DNA from: Vicugna vicugna
Lineage: Eukaryota
Direction of reading: 5' to 3'
DNA length: 64,000 nt
Assembly (NCBI GenBank): GCA_013265495.1
Contig: MU062839.1
Coordinates: forward strand, 11,322,210-11,386,209
Shown here: positions 25,190 to 37,837 of the stretch, piece by piece
Numbering within the stretch: position 1 is the stretch's first letter
How the letters are laid out: every line of letters begins with the position of its first letter
Position numbers and translations under genes: made by a program
The notes under the pieces: generated by a model
What the model saw: the letters and a program-made list of their open reading frames with translations, nothing else
Database searches by the model: none
What the model was told of the DNA's origin: nothing

Positions 25190-25350
25190 CAGTGCCCGCT
25201 ACCTGCCAGGTGGCTTACAAACAATACTATCCTAGTAAGAGGTCCACAAGGCAGGTTTATCACTTACAATTTTACCCGTAAGAAAGGAAGCTCAGAAATG
25301 CAGTTGCTTGTTCTTAGTCACCCAATGGCAGAGCTGGGATTTAAAATCTC
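25190..25350 (-). mobile_element. MIR relic
   Basis: acaattttacccgtaagaaaggaagctcagaaatg...gtcacccaatggcagagctgggatttaaa. Confidence 0.6.
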
Positions 25351-26462
25351 AAGATGGTCCAATTCCAAAAGTACCCCCTGACACTGGAAGGAGCAGCGGT
25401 GAACGTAGCAGGAACAAAAGCAGTTCAGAGTTGCTGTTCTTGCTCTTGAATGCCTGCAGAGTGTTTGTCACAGGCTCCCAATGCGCCCGACCCTTGTTTT
25501 CCTCACCACAACTGGATAAGAAGGGTCATGCTTGACCTGGAAGGTGTTGAAAGGCCTGCCGCTGAGCACAGCTCATCGAACGGGACAAGGTCCGCCATTG
25601 CTGTGACCTGGGAAGGTGCTGGGGTCCAGCTGGACCCCTCCCCAGCTGCTCCGAGGTGGCTTGGGCTGCTGTCCAGAGTGCACTAAGCCACAGCCAATGT
25701 CAAGGGCTCCTCACGTCCAAGCAGGAAACTGTGACTGAAAAGCTGAAAAAACATATGATCCCATAAAAAGCCGCCTCTGGGGAAACAAGCCATTAGTCAG
25801 CCTTATTTATTTATTGTTCCTTCTTGCTGCAAAGTTCAATACAGACGAAGGGGCTGTGATTATCATATAAAAGGCTATGCAAAATTGCCCTCCTGGTAAG
25901 ATGCTGAAGAGAACCTCACCCTGGCCCTCCCTTTACCCTGGCTCTTCGCCACAGTTAGCTTTGTTTGTGTTCTTCCGATTCCTAATGCTTTGACCACGTT
26001 GGAGCAAAGTGTGTCTCAAAATAAACAGAGTTGGAACTCTCCAGAGCCTCTTCTCATCTCCAGCCGCATTTCAACCTTTTATCCTGCCCAAGTGACTGAG
26101 GCTAGAAGAATGGGGTGTCGGTGGCCTTATTAAGACAAGATCTTGTGCAGGAAAAATGTGCTTAATGAGCTTAGGAAATACCTTGTGGTCATGAAAGAGT
26201 AATAAAATTTCCGCTTTCTTGGGCGAGATCAGGAAACCTTGACTGTCCACTCTGAGGTTTTGCCAGTTTTACTCGGGAATGTGCTTTTGGAAGGTCAAAT
26301 GGCTTTTTTTTTTTATATAGGTGGCAGAAAAAAGACACAATGTAATCTTTTGAGGAAAGCCCCATGGTCAACCGATGCGTGCAAGATAACCACGCCTCCT
26401 GTCCTTTAGAGATCTCTTGATAGTAGAGATGCCAAGTTTTGTTTTTGTTTTCCTTTACCATC

Positions 26463-26919
26463 TGTATTTGTTTCTGAGGGCTTCTGTAACAAAGCACCGT
26501 AAACTAGGTGGTCTAGAACAACAGAAAGGGGCTGTCTCGCAGTTCCGAGGTCTGCAGTCCAAGATCAAGATTCAGCAGGGTTGACTACTTGTGAGAGCTG
26601 TGAAGGAGAATCTGCTCCATGCCCTTCTCCTAGATTCAGGTGGTTTGCCCCAGTCTTGGGGTGTTCCTTGGCCTGCAGACGCATCACCTTGATGTCCGAT
26701 TTCATATTTATATGATGTACTCCATGTGGGTGTGTCTCTGTCCCAATCTCCCCTTTTTATAAGGACACTAATTGTATTAGATTAGGGGGCCCACCCTACT
26801 CTGTCTTAACTAATCACATCTGCAACATCCCTATTTCCGAATTAGGTCACATTCTGAGATACTGGGGGTTAGAACTTCAACAAGTGAATCTGGAGAGGGG
26901 CACAGTTCAACCCATCATA
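26463..26919 (-). mobile_element. MaLR solo LTR (MLT1B/C-like)
   Basis: Starts tgtatttgtttctgagggcttctgtaacaaagcaccgtaaactaggtgg and ends ggtcacattctgagatactgggggttagaacttcaac...cacagttcaacccatcata. Degenerate 5-bp TSD ccatc/ctgtc. Confidence 0.9.
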
Positions 26920-27452
26920 CTGTCTAGCAGACTTATCCAAGTTCTCTTTTGCATAAGAATTCTGAAAGTTGGCCAATAGAGGCATGTGGGGACCCTAATG
27001 AAAAAGTGAGACTTTAAAAACACAGAAGTATGACTTGATGCTCATATGTGCAAATGTTAAATGTGATCATAGAAAGAAAATATAAAGAGAAAGGCAAAGA
27101 GAGTCAGAGTAGATCTTTGAGAATTGTCTATTTGTCATACAGAAGGATCAGCAGAACCAGTAAAGAAAACAGAAAGTAAGCATCCAAGATGCTTCAGAGT
27201 TGGTTCCAAACTGTATAGGTCACGATCTGAAATAATGGCAGTGTCATTATTAAACATCTACTCTCTGTCGTCTCTGTATTTTCTAGATAGATTTTTGAAT
27301 ACTAATAATGTGAGCAGCCATTCCCTTTTTAAAAATTTATTGCAACGTCTAAATTAAATACTGTATACACTCATACACACGCAGTGGAAAATGACTCATT
27401 ACATTTGAGAATCCAACATTTGCTTGTGAAGCAGGATTTTGTAGGGTTTTAG

Positions 27453-27537
27453 GGAAGCCAGTGCCATGTGGGGAGGACACTTAGAAAGCCCCATGGAGAG
27501 GTCCATGTGGCCAGGAAATGTGGCCTCCTGCCAAAAG
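27453..27537 (+). mobile_element. MLT1 LTR fragment
   Basis: gaagccagtgccatgtggggaggacacttagaaagccccatggagaggtccatgtggccaggaaatgtggcctcctgccaa. Confidence 0.7.
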
Positions 27538-27539
27538 AG

Positions 27540-27730
27540 CTGAGTTGTCTTTGCTCAAATCCCAGCTTCTGTCAGCTGTGCAGTCTTGGGGAAGTTACTG
27601 TACCTCACAGCCTTAGTTTTCTCATCTGAAAAATGGAATAATAATTACAGTACCCACCTTATAGAAAATAGTTAATAAAGGCAATAACTTAGAACTGTGT
27701 TTGGCACACAGTAGGAGTAAGTTCCTATTT
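27540..27730 (+). mobile_element. MIR relic
   Basis: caaatcccagcttctgtcagctgtgcagtcttggggaagttac...ttttctcatctgaaaaatggaataataattacagtacccacc. Confidence 0.85.
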
Positions 27731-28364
27731 TTGAGAACACAGAGGGGAAGATACTTAGTACAAGAAATGTCCCATAGTTCAATTGGGACTCACGTTGAAA
27801 GAGGCAGCCTCAGGAAAGGGGAACTCAGAACTTGTGTGTTGAACGTAAGGCCATGCTGTGCATAACCTACCTTCCTCCACCTTTGTAAATGCATGAACAT
27901 AATAAACTTCAGGAGGAAAATGTAACTTAGGGACGCTGAGACCAGATAACTTGTTCAGGGCCATGTGATGCATGGAAATTATGATTGCCGCATCCGTTCC
28001 CGCAGAGTTGCTGTCCTTCTTTCCTCCTGTTTATACCTACACTTTACATGGAGATGGTAACCTAGGTCAGACTGTGAAAAAGTCATATCAGAAAGTGCCA
28101 CAAGGGTTTCCTGATGTAGTATTTTAACCTCTACTTGATAAGAAATTCTAAAAGGCTAAAGGGCATTTTAATAGGATTTTGAGCTCTGCATTTTACATGA
28201 CATTTTCTAAGAAGCCTTCGAGGGGCTTAGTCCTGTATTAGGCAGGGACGGCCTCCTGTTCTGTTCTGAACGAGCTTGATGTTCCTGGGGCTATTTTTAC
28301 TTCCTGGTACCATAGCCAAACCCTGAGTGTATTGTGGGTGCCCATCCTGAGCCAAAGCCCTGAG

Positions 28365-28428
28365 AGGTCCCTCCTTGTCCTCCTCCTCCCTCCTCCACAC
28401 TCTCCTCTTCCCCTCCCCCTCCTTCTCC
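28365..28428. repeat. (CCT)n-like polypyrimidine tract
   Basis: ccctccttgtcctcctcctccctcctccacactctcctcttcccctccccctccttctccc. Confidence 0.8.
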
Positions 28429-29314
28429 TAAATGATGCTACGCAGGCTGGATCAATATCTCTTTTTAAAATAAGAAGCAAGTGTCAACATTTATGAATCA
28501 CAAGGACAGGTCAAATTTGGGATTCCAACGTTTGCTTGGGCACAGGGCTTTTCAGTTACATTCTGGGGACCCAGATCCTGTCACTCAGCCCTGGAAAAGC
28601 AAATCTGTATCTGCTTTGTGAGCAGTATTATCCTGACAAGTTCTAGTGAAAAGACTCCCAGACCAACAGTGCCTCGGGCCTAAGGGATAGGAATTTCTGG
28701 AAGGAAAAAAAAGGAGAGAGAGAGAGAGGAGAGAGAGGCATTTTGATCCAGTTGCCTTTCATATTGTTGTCTCCCTGTCCAATTTGCTCGAGAATTTCCC
28801 ACTGGCTTTTGGCTCATTCTCAAATTGGAGTGCAGTCTTTCAGAGATCACTCTGTAGGCTGAGAGACAAGGAAGTCTTTATCACACAGAACAGGAGGCCC
28901 TGGCTTCTAGGAAGGGCAGATGGAGGCTCTGCCTCATGGTCTTGGCCCCGCCCATCCCTCTAGGGCCCTTCAGGCAGCTCCACCCTCTCCCAGGGGACGG
29001 GGAAGGACCACCTGGACCTTTTTACTTAGGCTGGAGGGACAATGTGATTTAAACTAAGTAACAATTAAGGCAGTCCCTCCCCTAATTTGGGGACCCTCAT
29101 ACAACTATTACAGCAGCAAGATGACAATTCCAGCGTGGCATTCCTGTAGGAGGGAGGGGTCACTCCTTTTTTAACCCACTTTTCTCAAAATATGAGATTT
29201 TTCAAACAAGAGAAGTTTCAGATGATATTTTCTTCTCTTGTCTACTTCCTCTTTCCTTTATCTTACTTTTCTGCACTTATGCTTGTTTAAAAGGCCTGGA
29301 TTTCCAGACACCAC

Positions 29315-29510
29315 CTTCATTGTTACCATAACAAATATTTATGTACTGTTTCCATATTAACTCACTTAGACCTCACAACCTGATGAGGCAGGTGCTACTG
29401 TTTACCCCATTTCAGAGATCAGAAAACTGAGGCACAGAAGGATGAAGTGACTTTCCCAGGGTCACAAAGCCCAGAGTTGAACCCAGCTGGTCGGACTGTA
29501 CCATCTGAGT
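29315..29510 (-). mobile_element. MIR relic
   Basis: ccccatttcagagatcagaaaactgaggcacagaaggatgaagtgactttcccagggtcacaaagcccagagttgaacccag. Confidence 0.85.
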
Positions 29511-29811
29511 TCTCAAACTCCCGGTGACTCATATGACTTCCCTCTTGTTAATTATTTCTTTTTAGAATTTCATTCTTCTCTCACAAGTTGTTCTTTACTG
29601 GAGGGCTTATGTGCCTCATCTCCCATTTCAGGTTCCTCCTGGTTTTGGGTGAATTATTCAGTGAAATAAGGTGAAGCCTTTGCCAACAGCATGATCCCTC
29701 ATCTATACCTTCTCCCTAAATAAGGCCCAACACAGTCATGCTGGCGCAGCCCTGCTGGGAATGCTGGGTCTGCCTGATATGATAACAAATTTGCCACTTT
29801 CTGCAGGAATA

Positions 29812-30165
29812 CAGCCTTTCCTCAGTATCCACAGGGGTTTGGTTCCAGGACCCCGGGGGATTCCAAAATCTAAGGATGCTTTTCCCTTATATAGATTATA
29901 TTTGCGTTTAACCTAAGCACATCCTCCATATTCTTTAAAGTGTTTCAAGATTACTTATAATACCTAATACAATGTAGATGTTGTATACATTGTTGTAAAT
30001 ACAGTGTAAATGGTGTGTAGATAATTGGCAGATTCAAGATTTTGCTTTTTGGAACTTTTTGTTATTTTTCTGGCAACTCCCACCCCTCACCCCACCCCTA
30101 GAGTTTCTGTCTACAGTTGGTTGAATCCACAGATGCAGGTCCTCAGATACGGAAGTAGAGGCTTT
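29812..30165. mobile_element. MER2 (Tigger-family MITE)
   Basis: TA then cagcctttcctcagtatccacaggggtttggttccaggacccc; internal ttacttataatacctaatacaatgtagatg; end ggttgaatccacagatgcaggtcctcagatacgg. Confidence 0.88.
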
Positions 30166-30225
30166 GTCCCCTGCTGGCCTGGCTGCAACTATCAAAGTCC
30201 TCCAGAGTTTTCTTTAGAAAAAGTG

Positions 30226-30320
30226 GATGGATGGAGGGAGGGAGGGAGGGAGGGAGAGAGAAGAGAAAGAAGAGGAAGAAGGAAAGGGAGGGAACTAATA
30301 GAAAGGAGGAAAGAGGCATT
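30226..30320. repeat. (GGAT)/(GGGA)/(GAA) polypurine tract
   Basis: ggatggatggagggagggagggagggagggagagagaagagaaagaagaggaagaaggaaagggaggg. Confidence 0.9.
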
Positions 30321-31149
30321 GGCATGAATTTTCTCAGGGAGGATATTCTTTCAGCCCTGCTAAGCTTCACCACTTCTGCATCACATTTTTCCTCCCGAGC
30401 TTGGGCCATGCTAACTTTTGTTACACCAAGACTTTACATTTGGAAGCCTGGTTATGTCCTTCAGGTTTCCTCTCTAAAAAGAAGGAAGGGAAAAAAAAAT
30501 ATTGCAACTTAATTGAAACACATCAGATCAAATCAAGGGTCTGAGCCCAGAACAGTAAATGGGTCCCTCAGAGAGCCTGACACTTTCTTGGGGCTGCCAA
30601 AGGGTTTATCATCGAAAGTCTATCCTCCTAGAGTGTCTGATTTCCCCATCTGTATAACATGTATCTTGCCTGAGAAACCAGCAGGCCAGGGCTCGAAAGA
30701 CACCTGGAACCTGGAGGGCACAAAAGGGGGACTCTTTCTAGCTTCCTCTATTTCAAAGACATGGAATCATTTCAAGAGAACAGTGAGAAGTGTGTGCCTG
30801 TAGACTTTGCAGAGACTCCACGGCATGATGTGTTTCTCCATCCCTTCTTGGGGTCTGTTTCTCCTCCTTTTGCTTCTTCTCTTCCACTCCATCCCAAGGT
30901 GCATCTTCCTGGAATGTTGTCTTTGCTGCCTGCCTGCCTCATACTGAATTTCCTTCTAACTCAGAAACTCGATGATTCTCTTAGTCGTGGGAATTATGTC
31001 TCTGCCATTTCTAGTTCTGATCTTGCAGTAAGAATTGACACCTTCAGGAGGCAGCAGTGTGCTGGCATGACTAGCCTGGGGTTTGTGGAATCACTTAATG
31101 AAAAAGGCTCATTCAGTTCCAGCATTCCAGTCCAGAGACAGTCATAGGT

Positions 31150-31660
31150 CTTCAATTAGTAATGTTATTTATAGCATCATTACCATTACAAATAATATCT
31201 ACCCCTGGTGACTGAACGTTCATCAGGTGCTGAGTATATACTAATTGCTTGTGAATGTGACTTGTTGACCATTCAGTAGTATTTATGCACACAACCTTAT
31301 TTAGTTTCACTTAATCCTCCTACAACTCTAAAAAATAGCTATTTAAAGCCTGTTTTACAGATGAGGAGACTGAAACCCAGGGCAGTTAAGTAACTTGCTT
31401 AAGGTCCCTCTTCCAGTACATGGAGATATCTGATGGCTGACTAAGCCTGGTTTGTTTTTCTTCAGAGCCAGTACTGCTATTTAACTTTGTCATCATACCT
31501 CCAACAGGACTAGCTAATATGTATTAAGCATGCATTCTGTACCATAACTGTGCTGGAAATTTAACGTGTGTCATTTAATCCTCATAATCATCTCGCAAGA
31601 TAGGAGGATTGGCTCTATTTTTCAGGTAAGGAAACTGAGGCTTAGAGAGGTTGAAAATTA
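31150..31660 (-). mobile_element. Cluster of antisense MIR relics
   Basis: Two cores: ctgttttacagatgaggagactgaaacccagggcagttaagtaacttgc (~31350) and ttttcaggtaaggaaactgaggcttagagagg (~31620). Confidence 0.8.
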
Positions 31661-32659
31661 CCACTCTGGTATATCCACAGAAGTCCAATAAATGTTAGGA
31701 ACAGCTCTGAACTTCACCACCAGAACACAAAAGAAATTTCTCTAACATGCACTTAAAGACTTTCTGTTTTTCAACACAGCAGAGCGTCTGCGTTTATTTT
31801 GAGCACATGGTCATTTAAAATTACACCCTGAGACAGCTCACCTGATGTTGATGCCTCAGAGTGAACGTGGAGAAGGTGCAGACTGCTGGGATTACTGGCG
31901 GGGACTGGAAACATAGTCTGTTTAGATGAAGGCAGAGGGAGCTAACTGAGGCAGAAATGGGGGGCTGCTTAATGCTCCTGTCAGTGAGACAGAGGGGAAG
32001 ATGAGTGAGAGGAACAGGAACTCACAACAAGATTTCAAGATTTGTTCACAAATCTTGCAAATTCATAGCTGATTTGTTGGAGGCCAAAAATAAGGTTGGT
32101 CACCTGTTATGAGAAAGAACTGAATCTCAGTTACATATTTGGTACATACACATCCTTCTTTTTCTCACTTAATCTGTGTTTTATACAAAGCAGTTCTGGG
32201 TGCAGTTTGGGTTTCTAACCACGCACCTACTTACTGGTCATTCCCTACCTTGATGTACAAAGATTTAGAACTTTCACTAACAAATCTCTGCAAAAGAATA
32301 TGTTTGAGTGAAATATTTTAAAATGTCACTTAGAAAAATACTGGGGGAAGATCTATATATTGCCTCCATGGTTTCTTAACTCATTTCAACTAGGCTCACG
32401 GACCCTGTCCTGTGCTGAAGTCTCCCACATTGCCGTTTCCTGGAAGTATTTGTAGTGGAGCTAATATCATTTGCTCAGCTGTGAATCCCCTATCCTGCAC
32501 ACTGTGTAAGTACTCAGAGGGACATTTTGGTTCAAATGGCAATGTTTTGCTTTAAAGAACAGTGAGCAAAAATAGACTTTGGTTTTTGAAATTTAAAGCC
32601 AAGATAAAGTTAGAGGTGACGATAGACTGGAAGAGGAAAGAGGCCTGCCAGGTATACCG

Positions 32660-32890
32660 TTTTATCAGAGCTTAACCATGGGCCGGTTACTGTTCTATGT
32701 GCTTTTGTGTTCTAAAAAAAAAAAAAGCCCCCAAACCAAACAACACCTATAAGACAGGTGCTCCTGTTATCCCCAATTTGCAGATAAGGAAACTGAGAAA
32801 GAGAAAGATTAAGCAGCATGCTCAAATTCATATAACTGGTCAGTGGTAGAGCTGGGATTTGAACCCAGGTAAGCCTAACTCCAGAGTAGA
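32660..32890 (-). mobile_element. MIR relic
   Basis: ccccaatttgcagataaggaaactgag...ggtagagctgggatttgaacccagg. Confidence 0.85.
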
Positions 32891-33134
32891 CAGTCTTTAT
32901 TTTATACTGTACTATGAAGTCAGGAAGACGCCTGTATCATTCTAGCACACCAGTTACTGAAGAAAACCTTATTTCGCAGAAACCCATAGGCAAAAACAAT
33001 CCTGAAGACCAGCTCCCCACAGCCTCAGCTGTCAGATGGCGATGCTCACATCAATACTCTAGTAGACTTTGCACCAACTACAAATAGGTTAAAAACTCAC
33101 AGAATAATCTGGCTGCATTTTGGCCCCTCTAGCA

Positions 33135-33370
33135 ACGTGTCAGAGAATTGAAAAGAGCACTGACTCTGGAGTCTAAAGGCTTGTGTTCAGGTTCTTGCTT
33201 CATCCATCAGTGACCACTGGCACCTTGGACACACCACTTAAATTGTTAAGTATCAATAAAATGGGCAAAGGTAACACTTGTATCTACTTACAGTCTAAAA
33301 ACTCTCCTACAATCTACTGAGACTGAGAGAAAAGAGTGAAGTCCAGCAGCATCATAATTTTGAGACTGTA
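33135..33370 (+). mobile_element. MIR relic
   Basis: agagcactgactctggagtctaaaggcttgtgttcaggttcttgc...aataaaatgggcaaagg. Confidence 0.7.
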
Positions 33371-33759
33371 TACACTTTAAATGAAAGGGATCTAGATGCC
33401 GTGTCTTTCCCGGACATCTGAGGAGTGAAATTAAAACGGTTTTGTACTCATTGGAACTAAGGAGAAAACTTGGCTTTGGATTTTAATTTCCTTTTAAGTA
33501 AAATCCTAATATTCAAAGCTAGGTGATTTTGCCACAGCATTGGAAGTGTTCTTGCCTGCCCAAAAATGCTTGTAGCTACTTCAAATATGATTCTATAATA
33601 ATATTTTAGCAGCGGTCAAGATATATATACATCCCTTCTTTGCAAAACATCATCTTAAAACTCTGGGGGAAGAATGTATCTTCTGTCTTCATCTATCAAG
33701 ATACTCTGTTTCTTTTGGTTTCAACTTTATAAATTGAGATTGTCTAACAACTTGTCATT

Positions 33760-34398
33760 TTAAATAAAATTCCAAATTTATTGGCATAAAGTTTTAGAAA
33801 ATATCCTCTTTTTTTTTTTTAATGTCTGTGGCACATGGAGCAATAGACCTTTTCCATTCCTGATATAATGTATGCCTCCTTTCTTTTTTTCCCTTGATTA
33901 GTCTTGCTGGGGGTCAATTAATTTTATCAGTATTTGCCAAGAATCAAATTCTGGCTTTGTCAGTTTTCTTGATTGTATATGTGTTTCTTATTTCCTTAAT
34001 TTCTACTTTGATTTTTCATAATCTTCTTCTACTTTCTTTGGGTATAATTTGTTCTTCTTTTTGTAACTTCTTGAGGTGGATATTTAGAACCATTGAAACT
34101 TCAGCCATCCTTCCTAACATACACAGTTACAGCTATACATTTCCTTCTAAACACAGCTTTAGCTATATCCCACACGTTTTGATACATTATATTTGTATTA
34201 TCATTCAGTGAAAGATATTTTCTAATTGTCACTATGATTTCATTTTAACCCATGAGTTATTTAGAAGCATATTGTTTTAATTCTAAACATTAGGGAATTT
34301 TCTAGTCATCCTTCTCTTACTGATTCTAGCTTAATTTCGTTATGATCAGAGAACATATTCAGGATGATTTTATTTCTTTGAAATTTGCTGAGACTTGA
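33760..34398 (-). mobile_element. LINE-1 ORF2 internal fragment (old L1M)
   Basis: Antisense L1 text: ttgattagtcttgctgggggtcaattaattttatc...tttccttctaaacacagctttagctatatcccacacgttttgatac...tatgatcagagaacatattc. Confidence 0.85.
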
Positions 34399-34404
34399 TG
34401 GTGT

Positions 34405-34575
34405 ACAACACTGGCAAGTTGCTCAGCCTCTCTGTGCCTCTCTTTCCTCTGTCCATGAAATGGAGGTAATGATAGTGTTTTCTTCAAAGAAGTCTTATGA
34501 GCATCAAGTTTGGTGGCATATTTAGAAACAGTACCTGGCACATAGTGAGTACTCAGTAAATGTTAGCTATTATTA
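34405..34575 (+). mobile_element. MIR relic
   Basis: ctctctgtgcctctctttcctctgtccatgaaatggaggtaatg...gaaacagtacctggcacatagtgagtactcagtaaatgttagctattatt. Confidence 0.9.
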
Positions 34576-36182
34576 AATATTAATTAATTAATATTATTCC
34601 TGGTTATTGTGTTGGATCTAATATAAACATTCATTGCCTGTCGCTAGCCCACCTTGCCTGTCTGCTCTTACTTGTGATTAAATTGTAAGGCATGTGTCTT
34701 AAATATCCATTTGCCTCACAGCATTCCCAAGAGATAGGTACTATTAATATCTGTGTTCTGTCAAGAAGGGGATTAAGGTACAAATTAGGTAAGAATCTTG
34801 AATAGAAGACTCTTTCTCAAGATATTAGCAACAGCTTGTCTTCTAATGCACATCTATATTCCTGGCTCATATTTTTATTCCATACAAATAAAATAGGCAA
34901 TAATTTTGCAATCAAGTATTTTTGTGGTTTACATTTTTGTTGGATGTTCCCTGTGGATATCTACATCTTTCAGGCCAGGGGAATGTGTGTTCCTCAGCCA
35001 GTAGGTTAGCCTCACCTCTGCCATTCAATTTCAGTATGAAAAAAGGCAGAGTCCTGGAGAGCTGAAAATATGTCCAGGTTCCCAGCTCTTAACACCCTCC
35101 AAAGACAAAATCCATCATCGTCACCTTGTGGGAACTCAGCAAATGGTGGTTGATAGACCGTCATGGTATCAGTTCTGAAAATAAGCACAGACATGTTTGG
35201 TTACCAGCCCACCGTCACCCAAGTCATAAAGCAAGTGAAATCAACATTCTTTCCCATTCATTGGGCATAAATTGTTATGGCTGTTTCCAAGGATGCATGG
35301 TACATGTGAAAGGTGGGGGTCTTTCAGGGAAATTTGACATCAAGCCTAGAGTCTTGAAGAGACTAGTTTGTATTTTCAAGGAACATTGAAGACTTTCACA
35401 TATTTCATGAACGGCATTTCCAAAATCATATTGGTACTAGTTTCTCAACCTATTTCAGAACGTGGAACACCTGGTTTCTTGCTTTAGTGTGGTTTCAAAG
35501 GGGCTGGTATAATTCTTCTGAGTGTCCTAAATCTCCCTGGATGTCCTATCATTGCACAATTTTTTTCCCTTTATTCCTTCAACGTGTTCACCTTGCTTCT
35601 TTGTTTACTGTCTCTAGAATACAATCCCTTGGGAAAGATAACATTAAATTTCATTAATTGTTCATACTGAGTAAGTTCATTTGATTGTCTCCTAAAAGCT
35701 TGTTTAGGTTGAAATTGAGGAGGGGCAGAGGAGAGGGAGGAGAATCCTGGTATACTGGGCATCTAGGTTAGGGAGTGCTAGGCGAAAGAGCCCTCTCTTC
35801 TGAGGCTGGGCATGTGATAGCCAAGGAAGCTTCATGTTTTGCCTAGGGCTGCCTCTGCCCACATCCTCTAACCGCACATCCAAATGCTATTTAATTAGAT
35901 AATTGTTGCACACCTTGAACGATAACACCATTACAGTCATGTCACAGTATTCTGTGTTTATATTAAAAACTGTTCTTTTTCTGGTTCTTTGGTGCACCTT
36001 TGTATTCATTCCTGGTCTTAGAGAGCTTTTGGAATTGTATCTAGTGTTGATGACAAAGGAGAGTTGAGAACAGGAAAGCGAGGGGATTTTGAGGATGTCA
36101 GTCAGAACTGTTACTGTGGGAGACACTTAGGGCTCGTTCAGCTCCATTGCCTCTTTCTGCCGTGATGCTCAGGAACACGTGG

Positions 36183-36875
36183 CAGCACTTCTCTTCGTGG
36201 ACCTGCCCAGCACCCACTGGCAGATTAACTGATGCTCTTTATTCTCTCAGTGAAGCAAGCCTGCTTATGCCCATGACACCATGAATGCTCGTAACTACCA
36301 GTTCTGTAGCGCTTACCAAATGGCAGTTCAATTTATTTCCAAACTGTCAATGCTGGTTGTACGTATTATTGTAACTTCATAAATTAATTAAATAATGTAT
36401 ACACAAATGAAATATGAGCATGAAAGGAAAGACCTAATTTAAATGCTGGCAAAGACTTAATACAAGAAAATCTCTTAGAAATGCTATCAAATTAAGTATG
36501 GACAAGAACAGTGAAAGAATGGAATGTGTTTGTGGAAATGCAGACAAGTCCTGCACTCAGATCACTTCTCTCTGATCTTACAGTTCTTGCTCTACTGTTA
36601 AAAATGTAAAACTAAAAATCATTGACTATCCATTCAGGATGTGGTTTATGCCAGAAAGAATACTCAGAGCTCAATCAGCAGACCCACACTCAGAAAAGGC
36701 GTTGGTCCTATGTCAGAAGGTGGGTGGTCATGTGCCTTTATACATTTTAAGTTAACAGGGTGTTTCAAGGATACACCTATCAGGTTTGCACTCTTCCCTT
36801 CATGCAGCTTTTTAGTTAATCAACTAACTGCTTTGTCTCAGTGGCTCCTATTGTGATTGGAAAGGTCCCTGTTCT
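36183..36875 (+). mobile_element. Tigger13a-like TcMar-Tigger element
   Basis: Matches the recalled consensus along its length (gattaactgatgctc..., gctggttgtacgtattatt..., tcctgcactcagatcacttc). Carries a frameshifted CENP-B-type HTH remnant KLKIIDYPFRMWFMPER...ISRPTL..EKALVL at about 36610-36720. Confidence 0.8.
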
Positions 36876-37084
36876 TCTTTATGTGGAACTCAGAGGTTAG
36901 CGTTAGCCTGACTGTTCTTTCTGGTTTCTCCTGAGAGTCCTATTATACACCCATGATTCTTAAATTCATTTGTGTCTTTCTTAAGGCTGTTTAAAGTTTT
37001 AGCCTGTGTTATCAAATATGCTTATTTGCTGCTAAATGAGGATGATAACATTGCTGATACTCTAATAGCTGTAATGTGTGACCA

Positions 37085-37290
37085 GGGCTTGCTTTGTCTC
37101 TAGACTCTGTACTAATTATTTAATCAGTATTATCTCACTCAGCCCTCAAGACAGCCAAGAATAGGCTTCATTACGATCTCCATTGTATAGGCAATTGAGA
37201 CACAGAAAGGGAAAGTATCTTGCCCAGAGTGACACAGTAGATGGTAGAGCCAGATTCCCACCCAGACTGACCCTGCGCTCATAACCACTG
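37085..37290 (-). mobile_element. MIR relic
   Basis: ctccattgtataggcaattgagacacagaaagggaaagtatcttgcccagagtgacacagtagatggtagagccagattc. Confidence 0.85.
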
Positions 37291-37609
37291 TGCTATATAT
37301 TTTTAAATATCTTAAGTCATTCGTATGACTTATTATGTTTATGCCCCCTTTTGAGGGCAGGGATCCTGGGAGCAAAACTGCCTACCTGCCGACGTTCCTA
37401 GATGTCCAGGTGATAAAACACTGGTTGTGTCAGACACCATGTTATCCAAGAACGATTCTGTTTAATCTTGCCAAAGAGACGGAGTGGTATATGCAGCACT
37501 TTGCGCCCCAGACCAATAATCATTAATGCAGCCTGACATACACGCACGGGTGTGTGTGTGTGTGTGTACACACGCGCACATGTGTCCTCTTTCCCCGCCG
37601 CTCGCTAAT

Positions 37610-37837
37610 NNNNNNNNNNNNNNNNNNNNNNNNNNNNNNNNNNNNNNNNNNNNNNNNNNNNNNNNNNNNNNNNNNNNNNNNNNNNNNNNNNNNNNNNNNN
37701 NNNNNNNNNNNNNNNNNNNNNNNNNNNNNNNNNNNNNNNNNNNNNNNNNNNNNNNNNNNNNNNNNNNNNNNNNNNNNNNNNNNNNNNNNNNNNNNNNNNN
37801 NNNNNNNNNNNNNNNNNNNNNNNNNNNNNNNNNNNNN
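37610..37837. other. Assembly gap (N run)
   Basis: Continuous Ns, following a (TG)n tract at 37550-37568. Confidence 0.99.

Noticed and set aside
29081-29090. CArG box CCTAATTTGG
   Set aside because: Several are expected by chance in 64 kb and there is no supporting cluster.
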